From: Macrostomum hystrix
Lineage: Eukaryota > Animalia > Platyhelminthes
Reading direction: 5' to 3'
Length of the DNA: 64,000 nucleotides
Assembly (NCBI GenBank): GCA_950097015.1
Contig: CATNEN010000039.1
Span: 6,262,001-6,326,000 of the forward strand
Made by a program: the position numbers and the translations under genes. Shown piece after piece: positions 13,610-27,718 of the stretch (positions are counted from its first letter, which is position 1; each line of letters begins with the position of its first letter). The notes below the pieces were generated by a model. It worked only from the letters and a program-made list of their open reading frames with translations. It was not told the DNA's origin and did not search any database.

Positions 13610-16600
13610 TCTAGTCTCTGAGATTCCAACTGATGTGAGATCTAGTCTCTTAGATTCCAACTGATGTGAGATCTAGTCTCTGAGATTATAACTGATGTGA
13701 GATCTAGTCTCTGAGATTATAACTGATGTGAGATCTAGTCTCTTAGATTCCAACTGATGTGAGATCTAGTCTCTGAGATTCCAACTGATGTGAGATCTAG
13801 TCTCTGAGATTCCAACTGATGTGAGATCTAGTCTCTGAGATTATAACTGATGTGAGATCTAGTCTCTGAGATTATAACTGATGTGAGATCTAGTCTCTGA
13901 GATTCCAACTGATGTGAGATCTAGTCTCTGAGATTATAACTGATGTGAAATCTAGTCTCTGAGATTCCAACTGATGTGAGATCTAGTCTCTGAGATTATA
14001 ACTGATGTGAGATCTAGTCTCTGAGATTATAACTGATGTGAAATCTAGTCTCTGAGATTATAACTGATGTGAAATCTAGTCTCTGAGATTCCAACTGATG
14101 TGAGATCTAGTCTCTGAGATTCCAACTGATGGGAGATCTAGTCTCTGAGATTCCAACTGATGTGAGATCTAGTCTCTGAGATTATAACTGATGTGAGATC
14201 TAGTCTCTGAGATTATAACTGATGTGAGATCTAGTCTCTGAGATTATAACTGCTGTGAGATCTAGTCTCTGAGATTCCAACTGATGTGAGATCTAGTCTC
14301 TAAGATTATAACTGATGTGAGATCTAGTCTCTGAGATTCCAACTGATGTGAGATCTAGTCTCTGAGATTCCAACTGATGTGAGATCTAGTCTCTGAGATT
14401 CCAACTGATGTGAGATCTAGTCTCCTAGATTATAACTGATGTAAGATCTAGTCTCTGAGATTATAACTGATGTGAGATCTAGTCTCTGAGATTATAACTG
14501 ATGTGAGATCTAGTCTCTGAGATTCCAACTGATGTGAGATCTAGTCTCTGAGATTATAACTGATGTGAGATCTAGTCTCTGAGATTCCAACTGATGTGAG
14601 ATCTAGTCTCTGAGATTATAACTGATGTGAGATCTAGTCTCTAAGATTATAACTGATGTGAGATCTAGTCTCTGAGATTCCAACTGATGTGAGATCTAGT
14701 CTCTGAGATTCCAACTGATGTGAGATCTAGTCTCTGAGATTCCAACTGATGTGAGATCTAGTCTCCTAGATTATAACTGATGTAAGATCTAGTCTCTGAG
14801 ATTCCAACTGATGTGAGATCTAGTCTCCTAGATTATAACTGATGTAAGATCTAGTCTCTGAGATTCCAACTGATGTGAGATCTAGTCTCTAAGATTATAA
14901 CTGATGTAAGATCTAGTCTCCTAGATTCTAACTGATGTGAAATCTAGTCTCTGAGATTATAACTGATGGGAGATCTAGTCTCTGAGATTATAACTGATGT
15001 GAGATCTAGTCTCTGAGATTATAACTGATGTGAGATCTAGTCTCTGAGATTATAACTGATGTGAGATCTAGTCTCTAAGATTATAACTGATGTGAGATCT
15101 AGTCTCTGAGATTATAACTGATGGGAGATCTAGTCTCTGAGATTCCAACTGATGTGAGATCTAGTCTCTAAGATTATAACTGATGTAAGATCTAGTCTCC
15201 TAGATTCCAACTGATGTAAGATCTAGTCTCCTAGATTATAACTGATGTAAGATCTAGTCTCCTAGATTCTAACTGATGTGAAATCTAGTCTCTGAGATTA
15301 TAACTGATGGGAGATCTAGTCTCTGAGATTCCAACTGATGTGAGATCTAGTCTCTGAGATTATAACTGATGTAAGATCTAGTCTCTGAGATTCCAACTGA
15401 TGTGAGATCTAGTCTCCTAGATTATAACTGATGTAAGATCTAGTCTCCTAGATTCTAACTGATGTGAAATCTAGTCTCTGAGATTCCAACTGATGTGAGA
15501 TCTAGTCTCTGAGATTATAACTGATGTGAGATCTAGTCTCTGAGATTATAACTGATGTGAGATCTAGTCTCTAAGATTATAACTGATGTGAAATCTAGTC
15601 TCTGAGATGATAACTGATGTGAGATCTAGTCTCTGAGATTATAACTGATGTGAGATCTAGTCTCTAAGATTATAACTGATGTGAAATCTAGTCTCTGAGA
15701 TTATAACTGATGTGAGATCTAGTCTCTGAGATTATAACTGATGTGAGATCTAGTCTCTAAGATTATAACTGATGTGAAATCTAGTCTCTGAGATTCCAAC
15801 TGATGTGAGATCTAGTCTCTGAGATTATAACTGATGTGAGATCTAGTCTCTAAGATTATAACTGATGTGAGATCTAGTCTCTGAGATTCCAACTGATGTG
15901 AGATCTAGTCTCCTAGATTATAACTGATGTAAGATCTAGTCTCCTAGATTCTAACTGCTGTGAGATCTAGTCTCTGAGATTCCAACTGATGTGAGATCTA
16001 GTCTCTAAGATTATAACTGATGTGAGATCTAGTCTCTGAGATTCCAACTGATGTGAGATCTAGTCTCTGAGATTCCAACTGATGTGAGATCTAGTCTCTG
16101 AGATTCCAACTGATGTGAGATCTAGTCTCCTAGATTATAACTGATGTAAGATCTAGTCTCTGAGATTATAACTGATGTGAGATCTAGTCTCTGAGATTAT
16201 AACTGATGTGAGATCTAGTCTCTGAGATTCCAACTGATGTGAGATCTAGTCTCTGAGATTCCAACTGATGTGAGATCTAGTCTCTGAGATTCCAACTGAT
16301 GTGAGATCTAGTCTCCTAGATTATAACTGATGTAAGATCTAGTCTCTGAGATTCCAACTGATGTGAGATCTAGTCTCCTAGATTATAACTGATGTAAGAT
16401 CTAGTCTCTGAGATTCCAACTGATGTGAGATCTAGTCTCTAAGATTATAACTGATGTAAGATCTAGTCTCCTAGATTCCAACTGATGTAAGATCTAGTCT
16501 CCTAGATTATAACTGATGTAAGATCTAGTCTCCTAGATTCTAACTGATGTGAAATCTAGTCTCTGAGATTATAACTGATGGGAGATCTAGTCTCTGAGAT

Positions 16601-19600
16601 TCCAACTGATGTGAGATCTAGTCTCCTAGATTATAACTGATGTAAGATCTAGTCTCTGAGATTCCAACTGATGTGAGATCTAGTCTCCTAGATTATAACT
16701 GATGTAAGATCTAGTCTCCTAGATTCTAACTGATGTGAAATCTAGTCTCTGAGATTCCAACTGATGTGAGATCTAGTCTCTAAGATTATAACTGATGTGA
16801 AATCTAGTCTCTGAGATTCCAACTGATGTGAGATCTAGTCTCTGAGATTCCAACTGATGTGAGATCTAGTCTCTGAGATTCCAACTGATGTGAGATCTAG
16901 TCTCTAAGATTATAACTGATGTGAGATCTAGTCTCTGAGATTATAACTGATGTGAGATCTAGTCTCTGAGATTATAACTGATGTGAGATCTAGTCTCTGA
17001 GATTATAACTGATGTGAGATCTAGTCTCTGAGATTATAACTGATGTGAGATCTAGTCTCTGAGATTATAACTGATGTAAGATCTAGTCTCTGAGATTATA
17101 ACTGATGTGAGATCTAGTCTCTGAGATTATAACTGATGTGAGATCTAGTCTCTGAGATTATAACTGATGTGAGATCTAGTCTCTAAGATTATAACTGATG
17201 TAAGATCTAGTCTCTGATATTATAACTGATGTGAGATCTAGTCTCTAAGATTCTAACTGATGGGAGATCTAGTCTCTGAGATTATAACTGATGTAAGATC
17301 TAGTCTCTGAGATTCCAACTGATGTGAGATCTAGTCTCCTAGATTATAACTGATGTAAGATCTAGTCTCCTAGATTCTAACTGATGTGAAATCTAGTCTC
17401 TGAGATTCCAACTGATGTGAGATCTAGTCTCTGAGATTATAACTGATGTGAGATCTAGTCTCTGAGATTATAACTGATGTGAGATCTAGTCTCTAAGATT
17501 ATAACTGATGTGAAATCTAGTCTCTGAGATGATAACTGATGTGAGATCTAGTCTCTGAGATTCCAACTGATGTGAGATCTAGTCTCTGAGATTATAACTG
17601 ATGTGAGATCTAGTCTCTAAGATTATAACTGATGTGAAATCTAGTCTCTGAGATGATAACTGATGTGAGATCTAGTCTCTGAGATTCCAACTGATGTGAG
17701 ATCTAGTCTCCTAGATTATAACTGATGTAAGATCTAGTCTCCTAGATTCTAACTGCTGTGAGATCTAGTCTCTGAGATTCCAACTGATGTGAGATCTAGT
17801 CTCTAAGATTATAACTGATGTGAGATCTAGTCTCTGAGATTCCAACTGATGTGAGATCTAGTCTCTGAGATTCCAACTGATGTGAGATCTAGTCTCTGAG
17901 ATTCCAACTGATGTGAGATCTAGTCTCCTAGATTATAACTGATGTAAGATCTAGTCTCTGAGATTATAACTGATGTGAGATCTAGTCTCTGAGATTATAA
18001 CTGATGTGAGATCTAGTCTCTGAGATTCCAACTGATGTGAGATCTAGTCTCTGAGATTCCAACTGATGTGAGATCTAGTCTCTGAGATTCCAACTGATGT
18101 GAGATCTAGTCTCCTAGATTATAACTGATGTAAGATCTAGTCTCTGAGATTCCAACTGATGTGAGATCTAGTCTCCTAGATTATAACTGATGTAAGATCT
18201 AGTCTCTGAGATTCCAACTGATGTGAGATCTAGTCTCTAAGATTATAACTGATGTAAGATCTAGTCTCCTAGATTCCAACTGATGTAAGATCTAGTCTCC
18301 TAGATTATAACTGATGTAAGATCTAGTCTCCTAGATTCTAACTGCTGTGAGATCTAGTCTCTGAGATTCCAACTGATGTGAGATCTAGTCTCTAAGATTA
18401 TAACTGATGTGAGATCTAGTCTCTGAGATTCCAACTGATGTGAGATCTAGTCTCTGAGATTCCAACTGATGTGAGATCTAGTCTCTGAGATTCCAACTGA
18501 TGTGAGATCTAGTCTCCTAGATTATAACTGATGTAAGATCTAGTCTCTGAGATTCCAACTGATGTGAGATCTAGTCTCCTAGATTATAACTGATGTAAGA
18601 TCTAGTCTCTGAGATTCCAACTGATGTGAGATCTAGTCTCTAAGATTATAACTGATGTAAGATCTAGTCTCCTAGATTCCAACTGATGTAAGATCTAGTC
18701 TCCTAGATTATAACTGATGTAAGATCTAGTCTCCTAGATTCTAACTGATGTGAAATCTAGTCTCTGAGATTATAACTGATGGGAGATCTAGTCTCTGAGA
18801 TTCCAACTGATGTGAGATCTAGTCTCCTAGATTATAACTGATGTAAGATCTAGTCTCTGAGATTCCAACTGATGTGAGATCTAGTCTCCTAGATTATAAC
18901 TGATGTAAGATCTAGTCTCCTAGATTCTAACTGATGTGAAATCTAGTCTCTGAGATTCCAACTGATGTGAGATCTAGTCTCTAAGATTATAACTGATGTG
19001 AAATCTAGTCTCTGAGATTCCAACTGATGTGAGATCTAGTCTCTGAGATTCCAACTGATGTGAGATCTAGTCTCTGAGATTCCAACTGATGTGAGATCTA
19101 GTCTCTAAGATTATAACTGATGTGAGATCTAGTCTCTGAGATTATAACTGATGTGAGATCTAGTCTCTGAGATTATAACTGATGTGAGATCTAGTCTCTG
19201 AGATTATAACTGATGTGAGATCTAGTCTCTGAGATTATAACTGATGTGAGATCTAGTCTCTGAGATTATAACTGATGTAAGATCTAGTCTCTGAGATTAT
19301 AACTGATGTGAGATCTAGTCTCTGAGATTATAACTGATGTGAGATCTAGTCTCTGAGATTATAACTGATGTGAGATCTAGTCTCTAAGATTATAACTGAT
19401 GTAAGATCTAGTCTCTGAGATTATAACTGATGTGAGATCTAGTCTCTAAGATTCTAACTGATGGGAGATCTAGTCTCTGAGATTATAACTGATGTAAGAT
19501 CTAGTCTCTGAGATTCCAACTGATGTGAGATCTAGTCTCCTAGATTATAACTGATGTAAGATCTAGTCTCCTAGATTCTAACTGATGTGAAATCTAGTCT

Positions 19601-21930
19601 CTGAGATTCCAACTGATGTGAGATCTAGTCTCTGAGATTATAACTGATGTGAGATCTAGTCTCTGAGATTATAACTGATGTGAGATCTAGTCTCTAAGAT
19701 TATAACTGATGTGAAATCTAGTCTCTGAGATGATAACTGATGTGAGATCTAGTCTCTGAGATTCCAACTGATGTGAGATCTAGTCTCTGAGATTATAACT
19801 GATGTGAGATCTAGTCTCTAAGATTATAACTGATGTGAAATCTAGTCTCTGAGATGATAACTGATGTGAGATCTAGTCTCTGAGATTCCAACTGATGTGA
19901 GATCTAGTCTCCTAGATTATAACTGATGTAAGATCTAGTCTCCTAGATTCTAACTGCTGTGAGATCTAGTCTCTGAGATTCCAACTGATGTGAGATCTAG
20001 TCTCTAAGATTATAACTGATGTGAGATCTAGTCTCTGAGATTCCAACTGATGTGAGATCTAGTCTCTGAGATTCCAACTGATGTGAGATCTAGTCTCTGA
20101 GATTCCAACTGATGTGAGATCTAGTCTCCTAGATTATAACTGATGTAAGATCTAGTCTCTGAGATTATAACTGATGTGAGATCTAGTCTCTGAGATTATA
20201 ACTGATGTGAGATCTAGTCTCTGAGATTCCAACTGATGTGAGATCTAGTCTCTGAGATTCCAACTGATGTGAGATCTAGTCTCTGAGATTCCAACTGATG
20301 TGAGATCTAGTCTCCTAGATTATAACTGATGTAAGATCTAGTCTCTGAGATTCCAACTGATGTGAGATCTAGTCTCCTAGATTATAACTGATGTAAGATC
20401 TAGTCTCTGAGATTCCAACTGATGTGAGATCTAGTCTCTAAGATTATAACTGATGTAAGATCTAGTCTCCTAGATTCCAACTGATGTAAGATCTAGTCTC
20501 CTAGATTATAACTGATGTAAGATCTAGTCTCCTAGATTCTAACTGATGTGAAATCTAGTCTCTGAGATTATAACTGATGTGAGATCTAGTCTCTGAGATT
20601 ATAACTGATGGGAGATCTAGTCTCTGAGATTCCAACTGATGTGAGATCTAGTCTCCTAGATTATAACTGATGTAAGATCTAGTCTCTGAGATTCCAACTG
20701 ATGTGAGATCTAGTCTCCTAGATTATAACTGATGTAAGATCTAGTCTCCTAGATTCTAACTGATGTGAAATCTAGTCTCTGAGATTCCAACTGATGTGAG
20801 ATCTAGTCTCTAAGATTATAACTGATGTGAAATCTAGTCTCTGAGATTCCAACTGATGTGAGATCTAGTCTCTGAGATTCCAACTGATGTGAGATCTAGT
20901 CTCTGAGATTCCAACTGATGTGAGATCTAGTCTCTAAGATTATAACTGATGTGAGATCTAGTCTCTGAGATTATAACTGATGTGAGATCTAGTCTCTGAG
21001 ATTATAACTGATGTGAGATCTAGTCTCTGAGATTATAACTGATGTGAGATCTAGTCTCCTAGATTCTAACTGATGTGAAATCTAGTCTCTGAGATTATAA
21101 CTGATGTGAGATCTAGTCTCTGAGATTATAACTGATGGGAGATCTAGTCTCTGAGATTCCAACTGATGTGAGATCTAGTCTCCTAGATTATAACTGATGT
21201 AAGATCTAGTCTCTGAGATTCCAACTGATGTGAGATCTAGTCTCCTAGATTATAACTGATGTAAGATCTAGTCTCCTAGATTCTAACTGATGTGAAATCT
21301 AGTCTCTGAGATTCCAACTGATGTGAGATCTAGTCTCTAAGATTATAACTGATGTGAAATCTAGTCTCTGAGATTCCAACTGATGTGAGATCTAGTCTCT
21401 GAGATTCCAACTGATGTGAGATCTAGTCTCTGAGATTCCAACTGATGTGAGATCTAGTCTCTAAGATTATAACTGATGTGAGATCTAGTCTCTGAGATTA
21501 TAACTGATGTGAGATCTAGTCTCTGAGATTATAACTGATGTGAGATCTAGTCTCTGAGATTATAACTGATGTGAGATCTAGTCTCTGAGATTATAACTGA
21601 TGTGAGATCTAGTCTCTGAGATTATAACTGATGTAAGATCTAGTCTCTGAGATTATAACTGATGTGAGATCTAGTCTCTGAGATTATAACTGATGTGAGA
21701 TCTAGTCTCTGAGATTATAACTGATGTGAGATCTAGTCTCTAAGATTATAACTGATGTAAGATCTAGTCTCTGAGATTATAACTGATGTGAGATCTAGTC
21801 TCTAAGATTCTAACTGATGGGAGATCTAGTCTCTGAGATTCCAACTGATGTGAGATCTAGTCTCTGAGATTCCAACTGATGTGAGATCTAGTCTCTAAGA
21901 TTCTAACTGATGTGAGATCTAGTCTCTGAG
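13610..21930. repeat. 31-bp satellite (GAGATCTAGTCTCTGAGATT[AT/CC]AACTGATGT)n, ~268 copies, with higher-order structure
   Basis: Period 31. Variation is confined to a few positions, and rare variants recur at multiples of 31. Confidence 0.98.
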
Positions 21931-22736
21931 TTTTTAAGAGAATGAAAGAACAAACACAGGTGAAGTGTTATACAATGCATTTTACAGCAGATTATTAATC
22001 GCTAACACCTGATAATGATGAGGCGGTTATCTTCTTGGTTCTGCGCCAGCCATTGCAAGACAATGTCTATTTTATCAATTCTATTTATGAAAAGAAACAT
22101 ACAGCAAAAATAGCACTTGGGATCTGTACAGAGTTAGCTTCAGTTTCTGCGCGAGTTTATCATGCCAACAAGTGCCCAAATGAAGCTTCTTTAAAGAAGA
22201 GCCGCTGAAACACAAAGCAAGCGCATTGGTTGGCCTGTTGATTTCCAAACTTGGCCTGTTGAAAATAATTAAACTGTTTTGGTTTGAGTCTGAAAGACTT
22301 AGAAAATCGAAACCAAATTAATTCGAGACTTCCAAAAATCTTCCAAAAAGTGCTACTTTCTCGAGTCTTTTTAAGCCAAAAATGAAAATAAATGCTACAG
22401 AAAATGAAGGAAGATTCTGTTAGAACTTCAGAACACTACTAAACACGCAATCGCGTAAAATATTTTTTCGGAAATACGCGCGATATACTACTTATGTATG
22501 TTTTTGCATGTCAGTAGCTACAAAAATAGTCAAATTACCGGGAAAACTTTAGTTGCAATTTTTTAGTAAAGAAAAGAACGATCGGGCGCTAAAATGAAAA
22601 GCTATGAACAGCAGATCATTAATTAAATAGATAGATGCGGCACATTGTGCTTAATGAATTTCCTTATCAAAACTACAACCTTAATACAGTAAGGTGAACA
22701 GTAAAAAACTGCTTAAATCAAAGAACACTAAAATCT

Positions 22737-24707
22737 TTAGAAGTCCTGCTCAAACGACTTGCCATCGGCAGCCATTGACGCAGTCGTCGGCTTCACAAGC
22801 CGGCGACGCGGCGTTGCGCCGGCTGTGGCGGCTGCCAGGCGACGCAGAGACGGCGACGCGCAGGCCGCTGTCGCAGGCGAAGCCATTGGCGACGCCAAAG
22901 GCGAGGCTAACGGCGAAGGCAACGGCGAGGCCGGCAGTTGCAATAGAAGGCGAGAGACATCTTCGCTGGAGGCGTTGCCGGATTGGACGGCGCCGAAGGA
23001 GCGGCGCCATCGCGCCAGGCTAGGATAGCGGCTCTGGTCGATGGCCGAAGCCGACGCCGAGGCAGCTGGCGAAATGGCGCGGAGGACTTGCAGATCAACG
23101 GGCAGCGGTGGGTTGCGGCTTCGACCAGGAGAGGAGAACCAGCCGCCTCCGCCGCCGTCTTTGCCGCCCGCAGTCGGATTAGTTCCGACGAAATCGAACG
23201 GGCTGGAATTCAGCTGGCGCCGGTCAGACGGGGCTGGTCGACGCTGTCGCGGTGTACTCATTCGCGGAGGTTGCGAAGCCAGGTCCGGCTGGCCCTTCTG
23301 CTGCTGTTGCTTCGATCTGGGAGGCGGCGGGGAGCGAAACTGTCGCTGAGCGGTGTCCCGGGCGTGGCTGCCAGCTGTCGTGGAAGCCAGAGGCGCCGGC
23401 CGAAGCGGAGACGGTCGCGAGGCGGCTGTCGCCATGCCAGTCGAGCCGCCATCGGCGATGGCCCAGCGGGCGACCTTCTCTAAAAATGAGTCGGACAAGT
23501 TCTGGTTTTCATTGTCGTTGCTATGACAAGCATTGCCGACTGCTTCGACATCGGCATCAAGGTTTGTCAAGCTGTGCCAGCTAGCCTCTGTGTCCTCGTC
23601 TTGACTAACGTCAACTTCGCGATAGTCAGTCCACGGATCAGCGTTGGCGGCCGCAGTGCCAGGCGCGTTATTCTCTGAGGCGGCGCAAGCGGAGCCGAGC
23701 TCACTGTCCATGCGCTCGTAGGCGTCGGACAGCAGCTGGTTGAGCCGACTGAGTCCCTCCTCGGTGGCCAAATCGGCGAAGTCGCCGCCGAAAAATTCCC
23801 AACGTTCGTGCCAAGCGACTCCGCCGAGGGCGCGACAGAGCGCGCGGCCGGTGATCTCGAAGCCCTTGTCGTAGTCCAGCAACGGAGCCGCCGTCACTTC
23901 CGCAACCGCGGCGGCGACGGCGTCGCCGGTGTCCCCCTTTTGCCGATTGCAGAAATCTTCGTCAACGTCATCGTCGTCCAAAGTGGGAGTTCGTCGCATG
24001 TTTGTCGGCGATTGAAATTCAAAGCCAGCTGGCCGGCCGGGCACTGGCGAGGCTGGCGGCAGCCGAGGCGGTCGAACGTCTTCGTCATTTTCGCCGTTTT
24101 CCTCTCCTATCGGCGAAGTTGTGGACGTAGCCGCAGCTGCAGCCGCCGCTGTTGTTGACAGGCGGCAGAACAGCAGAACTCTTGAAGGCGCTCGCCAGCG
24201 TTCGTAGAGGCTGCGGGCCGTGTCGGGTTCGGCCGGCCCAGCGTAGGCGCGCACCAGCAGCCGCTGCGGCTGATCGAGCAGCTCCTGGAGGCCCCACGCA
24301 GGCACAGGTGGCAGAACCCGGACTGCCCCGCTGACCACATCAGCAACCAGCGGCACAAACTGGCCGCAGAGGGCCAGGCGAGTCTCGGCCAGGTTAGCCG
24401 AATTTTCAACTCGACTTCCCGCCACCTCTAGCGCTGTTTGGCCAGCGTTGTTACGGACGCTAATATCACACTCGCGCCTAGCAACCAGATAGCGAACGCA
24501 GTCGGAGTAACAAAACTTGGCGGCAAGATGCAGCGGTGTCTCGCCAAGCGCCATTTCGCGACTATTCAGGTAAAGATCTAGCAGGCGGCAGCGTCGACTT
24601 TGCCGCAGTTCGGAGCCAGTCTCGGAGTTCAGCCGACGCCAGAACTCGTCGCCGGATAACACAGCCAGCAGCAGTTTGATAATGGCTGATTGATTGCGCA
24701 ATGAGGC
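22737..24707 (-). CDS. ANKLE2: Ankyrin repeat and LEM domain-containing protein 2 (LEM4), terminal coding exon 3
   Basis: The acceptor CACAG| at 24708 joins YNCLHQ|ASLRNQ in frame. Motifs LDLYLN…GETPLHLAAKF (ankyrin), YAGP…YERWRAP, DKGFEITGRAL…WHERWEFFGGDFADLATEEGLSRL and C-terminal DLQVLRAI…YPSLARWR match ANKLE2. Confidence 0.93.
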   Translation of the reverse strand, partial: ASLRNQSAIIKLLLAVLSGDEFWRRLNSETGSELRQSRRCRLLDLYLNSREMALGETPLHLAAKFCYSDCVRYLVARRECDISVRNNAGQTALEVAGSRVENSANLAETRLALCGQFVPLVADVVSGAVRVLPPVPAWGLQELLDQPQRLLVRAYAGPAEPDTARSLYERWRAPSRVLLFCRLSTTAAAAAAATSTTSPIGEENGENDEDVRPPRLPPASPVPGRPAGFEFQSPTNMRRTPTLDDDDVDEDFCNRQKGDTGDAVAAAVAEVTAAPLLDYDKGFEITGRALCRALGGVAWHERWEFFGGDFADLATEEGLSRLNQLLSDAYERMDSELGSACAASENNAPGTAAANADPWTDYREVDVSQDEDTEASWHSLTNLDADVEAVGNACHSNDNENQNLSDSFLEKVARWAIADGGSTGMATAASRPSPLRPAPLASTTAGSHARDTAQRQFRSPPPPRSKQQQQKGQPDLASQPPRMSTPRQRRPAPSDRRQLNSSPFDFVGTNPTAGGKDGGGGGWFSSPGRSRNPPLPVDLQVLRAISPAASASASAIDQSRYPSLARWRRSFGAVQSGNASSEDVSRLLLQLPASPLPSPLASPLASPMASPATAACASPSLRRLAAATAGATPRRRLVKPTTASMAADGKSFEQDF

Positions 24708-26948
24708 CTGTGATCCACAAAGAGTGCGGGTTTTGGACTATACGGAACTGTCAATGGTAATCTGTTTGTTGAATTTAGTCACTTAAAGGGGCCAGGTGGC
24801 TAGCCTAAATCACAGATGCTATAATAACTAGATAGGTCACTTCCGCAAATGTCCTTGCTTTTTCGTTTTTCTACTTTCAGTTCAGTAGCAAGCAAATAAT
24901 CCAGAAGCTATATTATTCGAAAGAAAGGCAGTGGGGTGGCTTGTGTGGCTATTATAGTATATGTAGCCAAAAGCTAGGCCTACTGCGCCTATATAGAAAG
25001 CTCTCAGACACTGTTAAATCAAGACGATAGTCGTCGGCTCATCGTTTCCTCGATTTCAAGTGCCTGTCTGCGCTACTTATTAAGTTATCGTTTTTGCTTT
25101 CTTTAAAAAAGTAGAGAAATTAAGATGAATTGATTCGCATGCTTGAATTATTTAAAAAAAGGAATCAAATGCTAGATAGTCGGCTCTGCTGCGCTTCTAC
25201 TTGTACGAGTTCCGTTACATCGCCAACTGAAGACAGAATTCCGATTCGATTTCATCGCTTTCCAAACGATGACAATGTGGCAAGACGCTGGCAGCAAATC
25301 CTAGAGCTCAACTTCCTGGAACTCAATGAAATCATAAGAAAAGGCCTCAGAATCTGCAGTAAGCATTTACAGACGGTGCCTACAATTGTGAGCTTCAACG
25401 ACATGATCAAGACTCTCGCCTGCGATGGAACGGTTTGCGAGACAATGAGCTAGTATTGCCTCGCCTTGTTCGAGAAGAACTGGAGAGCCACCCGTTATGA
25501 GAACAGAAGAAGAGGCGGACAATATGTACCCACCCGAACTTGAGCGATTCGATTGCATCTCGAACGAAAGTGACGAGACCCAGGTCGGCACCCAATAGTA
25601 ATCTTAGTAAAATAATTCTTACAGGGGTTTATCTTATTATATATTATATCTTATTATCTTATCTTATTATGCTTACACATCTCACCGTACTAAATTTCTT
25701 AGTATGATTTGCAAGACACTTTTCTTTGTATTCTTAGTAAAATATTATTAAGCACGTACTAGTTTAACAAAGATAATCGATCAATCCTCTTAGTCAACTT
25801 TATCAATAAGTAAATTCATATAATCATAATAATTATTATTATTATTGCAGATACTGCCGAAGTTAGACAACAACAGTGAACACACGCTGCCGAAAAACGT
25901 GGGAGTCAGCCCTGGCAGCAGGGTGCCAGCAGCCTGAGGGGAGAAGCCAAGACTGCAAATCAGTTAAAGGGCAATCAAGTAGAGTCACGCGACGGCCCTG
26001 TCCATGTGAAGGCCTTCGCTGGGCGGGTTAAGCAGAAGGGCCATGGGCATATATGACCGCAGGCAGTGGACCACCGGCTTTTGCTGACGCCTTTGCAGGG
26101 AACGTGCGAAGGAGTGCACACACGGGGCTCTTAAATTCATCTAAGGATTGCTAGCTATTATTATAATCATGTACATGTAGCTGGTCTGCTACATGCACGA
26201 GTACATCTTACACTTTAAAGTTCACAGATCACAATATGCATGTACACATTTTGTAACTTGTATCGGTCTGCATGCTAAAGATATGTCTAAAGAGATCGAA
26301 TTGATAGTTTAAATATATAATTTAATGAGTCCAATTTTAAGCAAATTTACATTGGTTCTACTGTCCTGTAATACAATTTGATGACCCTGGACATCAGGAC
26401 CTAAACCAAACACTTGGCTTATGGTTCTAAAATGTATCTGGAAGTACATTTCGTTTAAATAATTGTAATCAAATTAGTTAAAAAATCTTATAGCAATGGC
26501 CGCCTTCTCGCCGTGAACACAGATTTGAACTGATTTTCTTTTGAGTATCTCAATTTCAATCATCTATCATTTGAAGCTCATAATGACTAACCCAGGACAA
26601 GAAGGACGCCATGCCATAGGGATGTCATGGCATCCTGACTTTCAAATTGGCATCCTGGTTTTGGACCTTGGATGCCAAATGGCATCTGATTTCTGGCAAA
26701 AAAACTTGCATATGCCATTTGGCATCCTGACCTTATTTTGGATTTGGGATGGGATCGAACTTTTAGACCCAGGATGCCAGATGGCATCCTATTTCTGATG
26801 AAAAAAAACCAGGGCCTAGGTAGGCCCTATATTCTAGGCCCTATTGCCAGTATTGGCTATTGATACTTAGAATAATATTCAGCAATATGGCCAAGTATTA
26901 CAACATTAGGCAGCTAGAATGCTAGATTAAACATTAATTATTGCATAG

Positions 26949-27718
26949 TGTTGTGCACGTGCGCTGGCACTGCTCAAGTGCACTCGCCACCCCCACGCGG
27001 CATACCGCAGTTGTTTTTGGCGTTAGAGGCTCAGCGGTGTAAGCCGCTTAGCCGCCATTGTGTTGTCTGCGCGCTGGTTGGCTGGGCCGCCCTGTGTGGC
27101 CCTCGCCCCAGACTGCCCCTCCCACAGCTGCACCGTGATTGGACGGTGGGTAGCTGGGCTGGGGTGGTGGGGTAGGGGTGGGGCGTGGGGGGCCCCGGCC
27201 CCGGGTGAGCCGTGGCCTTTAAAGGCGCGGCCGGGGGCGGGTGGCTGCCCCGTGCTGGTGTTCTCGCTCTACAACGCCTGACTACCGTTTCGATAACCCG
27301 TCCCCCACGCACAAACAATAAACATTGACCAACCGGTCTGCCAGTCGCAAACAGACGTCAGCGGCAAGAAATTGACTGCACGCGCGAGTGCGAGCTATAA
27401 GTGAAGTAAGTCACTGCCTTGTCTCCTTCATTTCGGGTGGGCTGTAGCTGGGACCGTCCGTGTGTCCTGACGCCGACTAAGGAGGGGGGACTAGACCAGG
27501 TAGTCAGCCAGGGGTCACCCTAAGTACAGGGGTCACCCAGTACACCCGCTGTACTTAGACGCCAGCTCGTGCGCCCTGACGCCCTGCTGAAGGTGATCGA
27601 CATCACGGCGTCCCTACGCGTGTGCCGGCCACTTGGGTGCGTCCTGACGAAGGCCAGTACGGGCCCGCGTACTCTGACCCTCCTAGGGGCACCCCTCCGG
27701 GGAGTCGCGAGTACAACA
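26949..27718 (+). mobile_element. Solo LTR (770 bp), Gypsy/Ty3-like, inserted in the P element
   Basis: Ends TGTTGT…ACAACA; 4-bp TSD ATAG (26945-26948 and 27719-27722); AATAAA at 27317; GC-rich block in an AT-rich context. Confidence 0.85.

Noticed and set aside
13610-21930. Regular 30-34-bp repeats (here and at 9592, 30843, 55137) as CRISPR arrays
   Set aside because: Units are head-to-tail with no unique spacers, there are no cas genes, and the context is eukaryotic.
22694-24409. Many short overlapping ORFs
   Set aside because: Shadow frames of the GC-rich ANKLE2 terminal exon.
27644-27670. CTGACGA-AGGCC…GGCC, resembling a hammerhead ribozyme core
   Set aside because: No GAAA follows helix II, so the catalytic core is incomplete.
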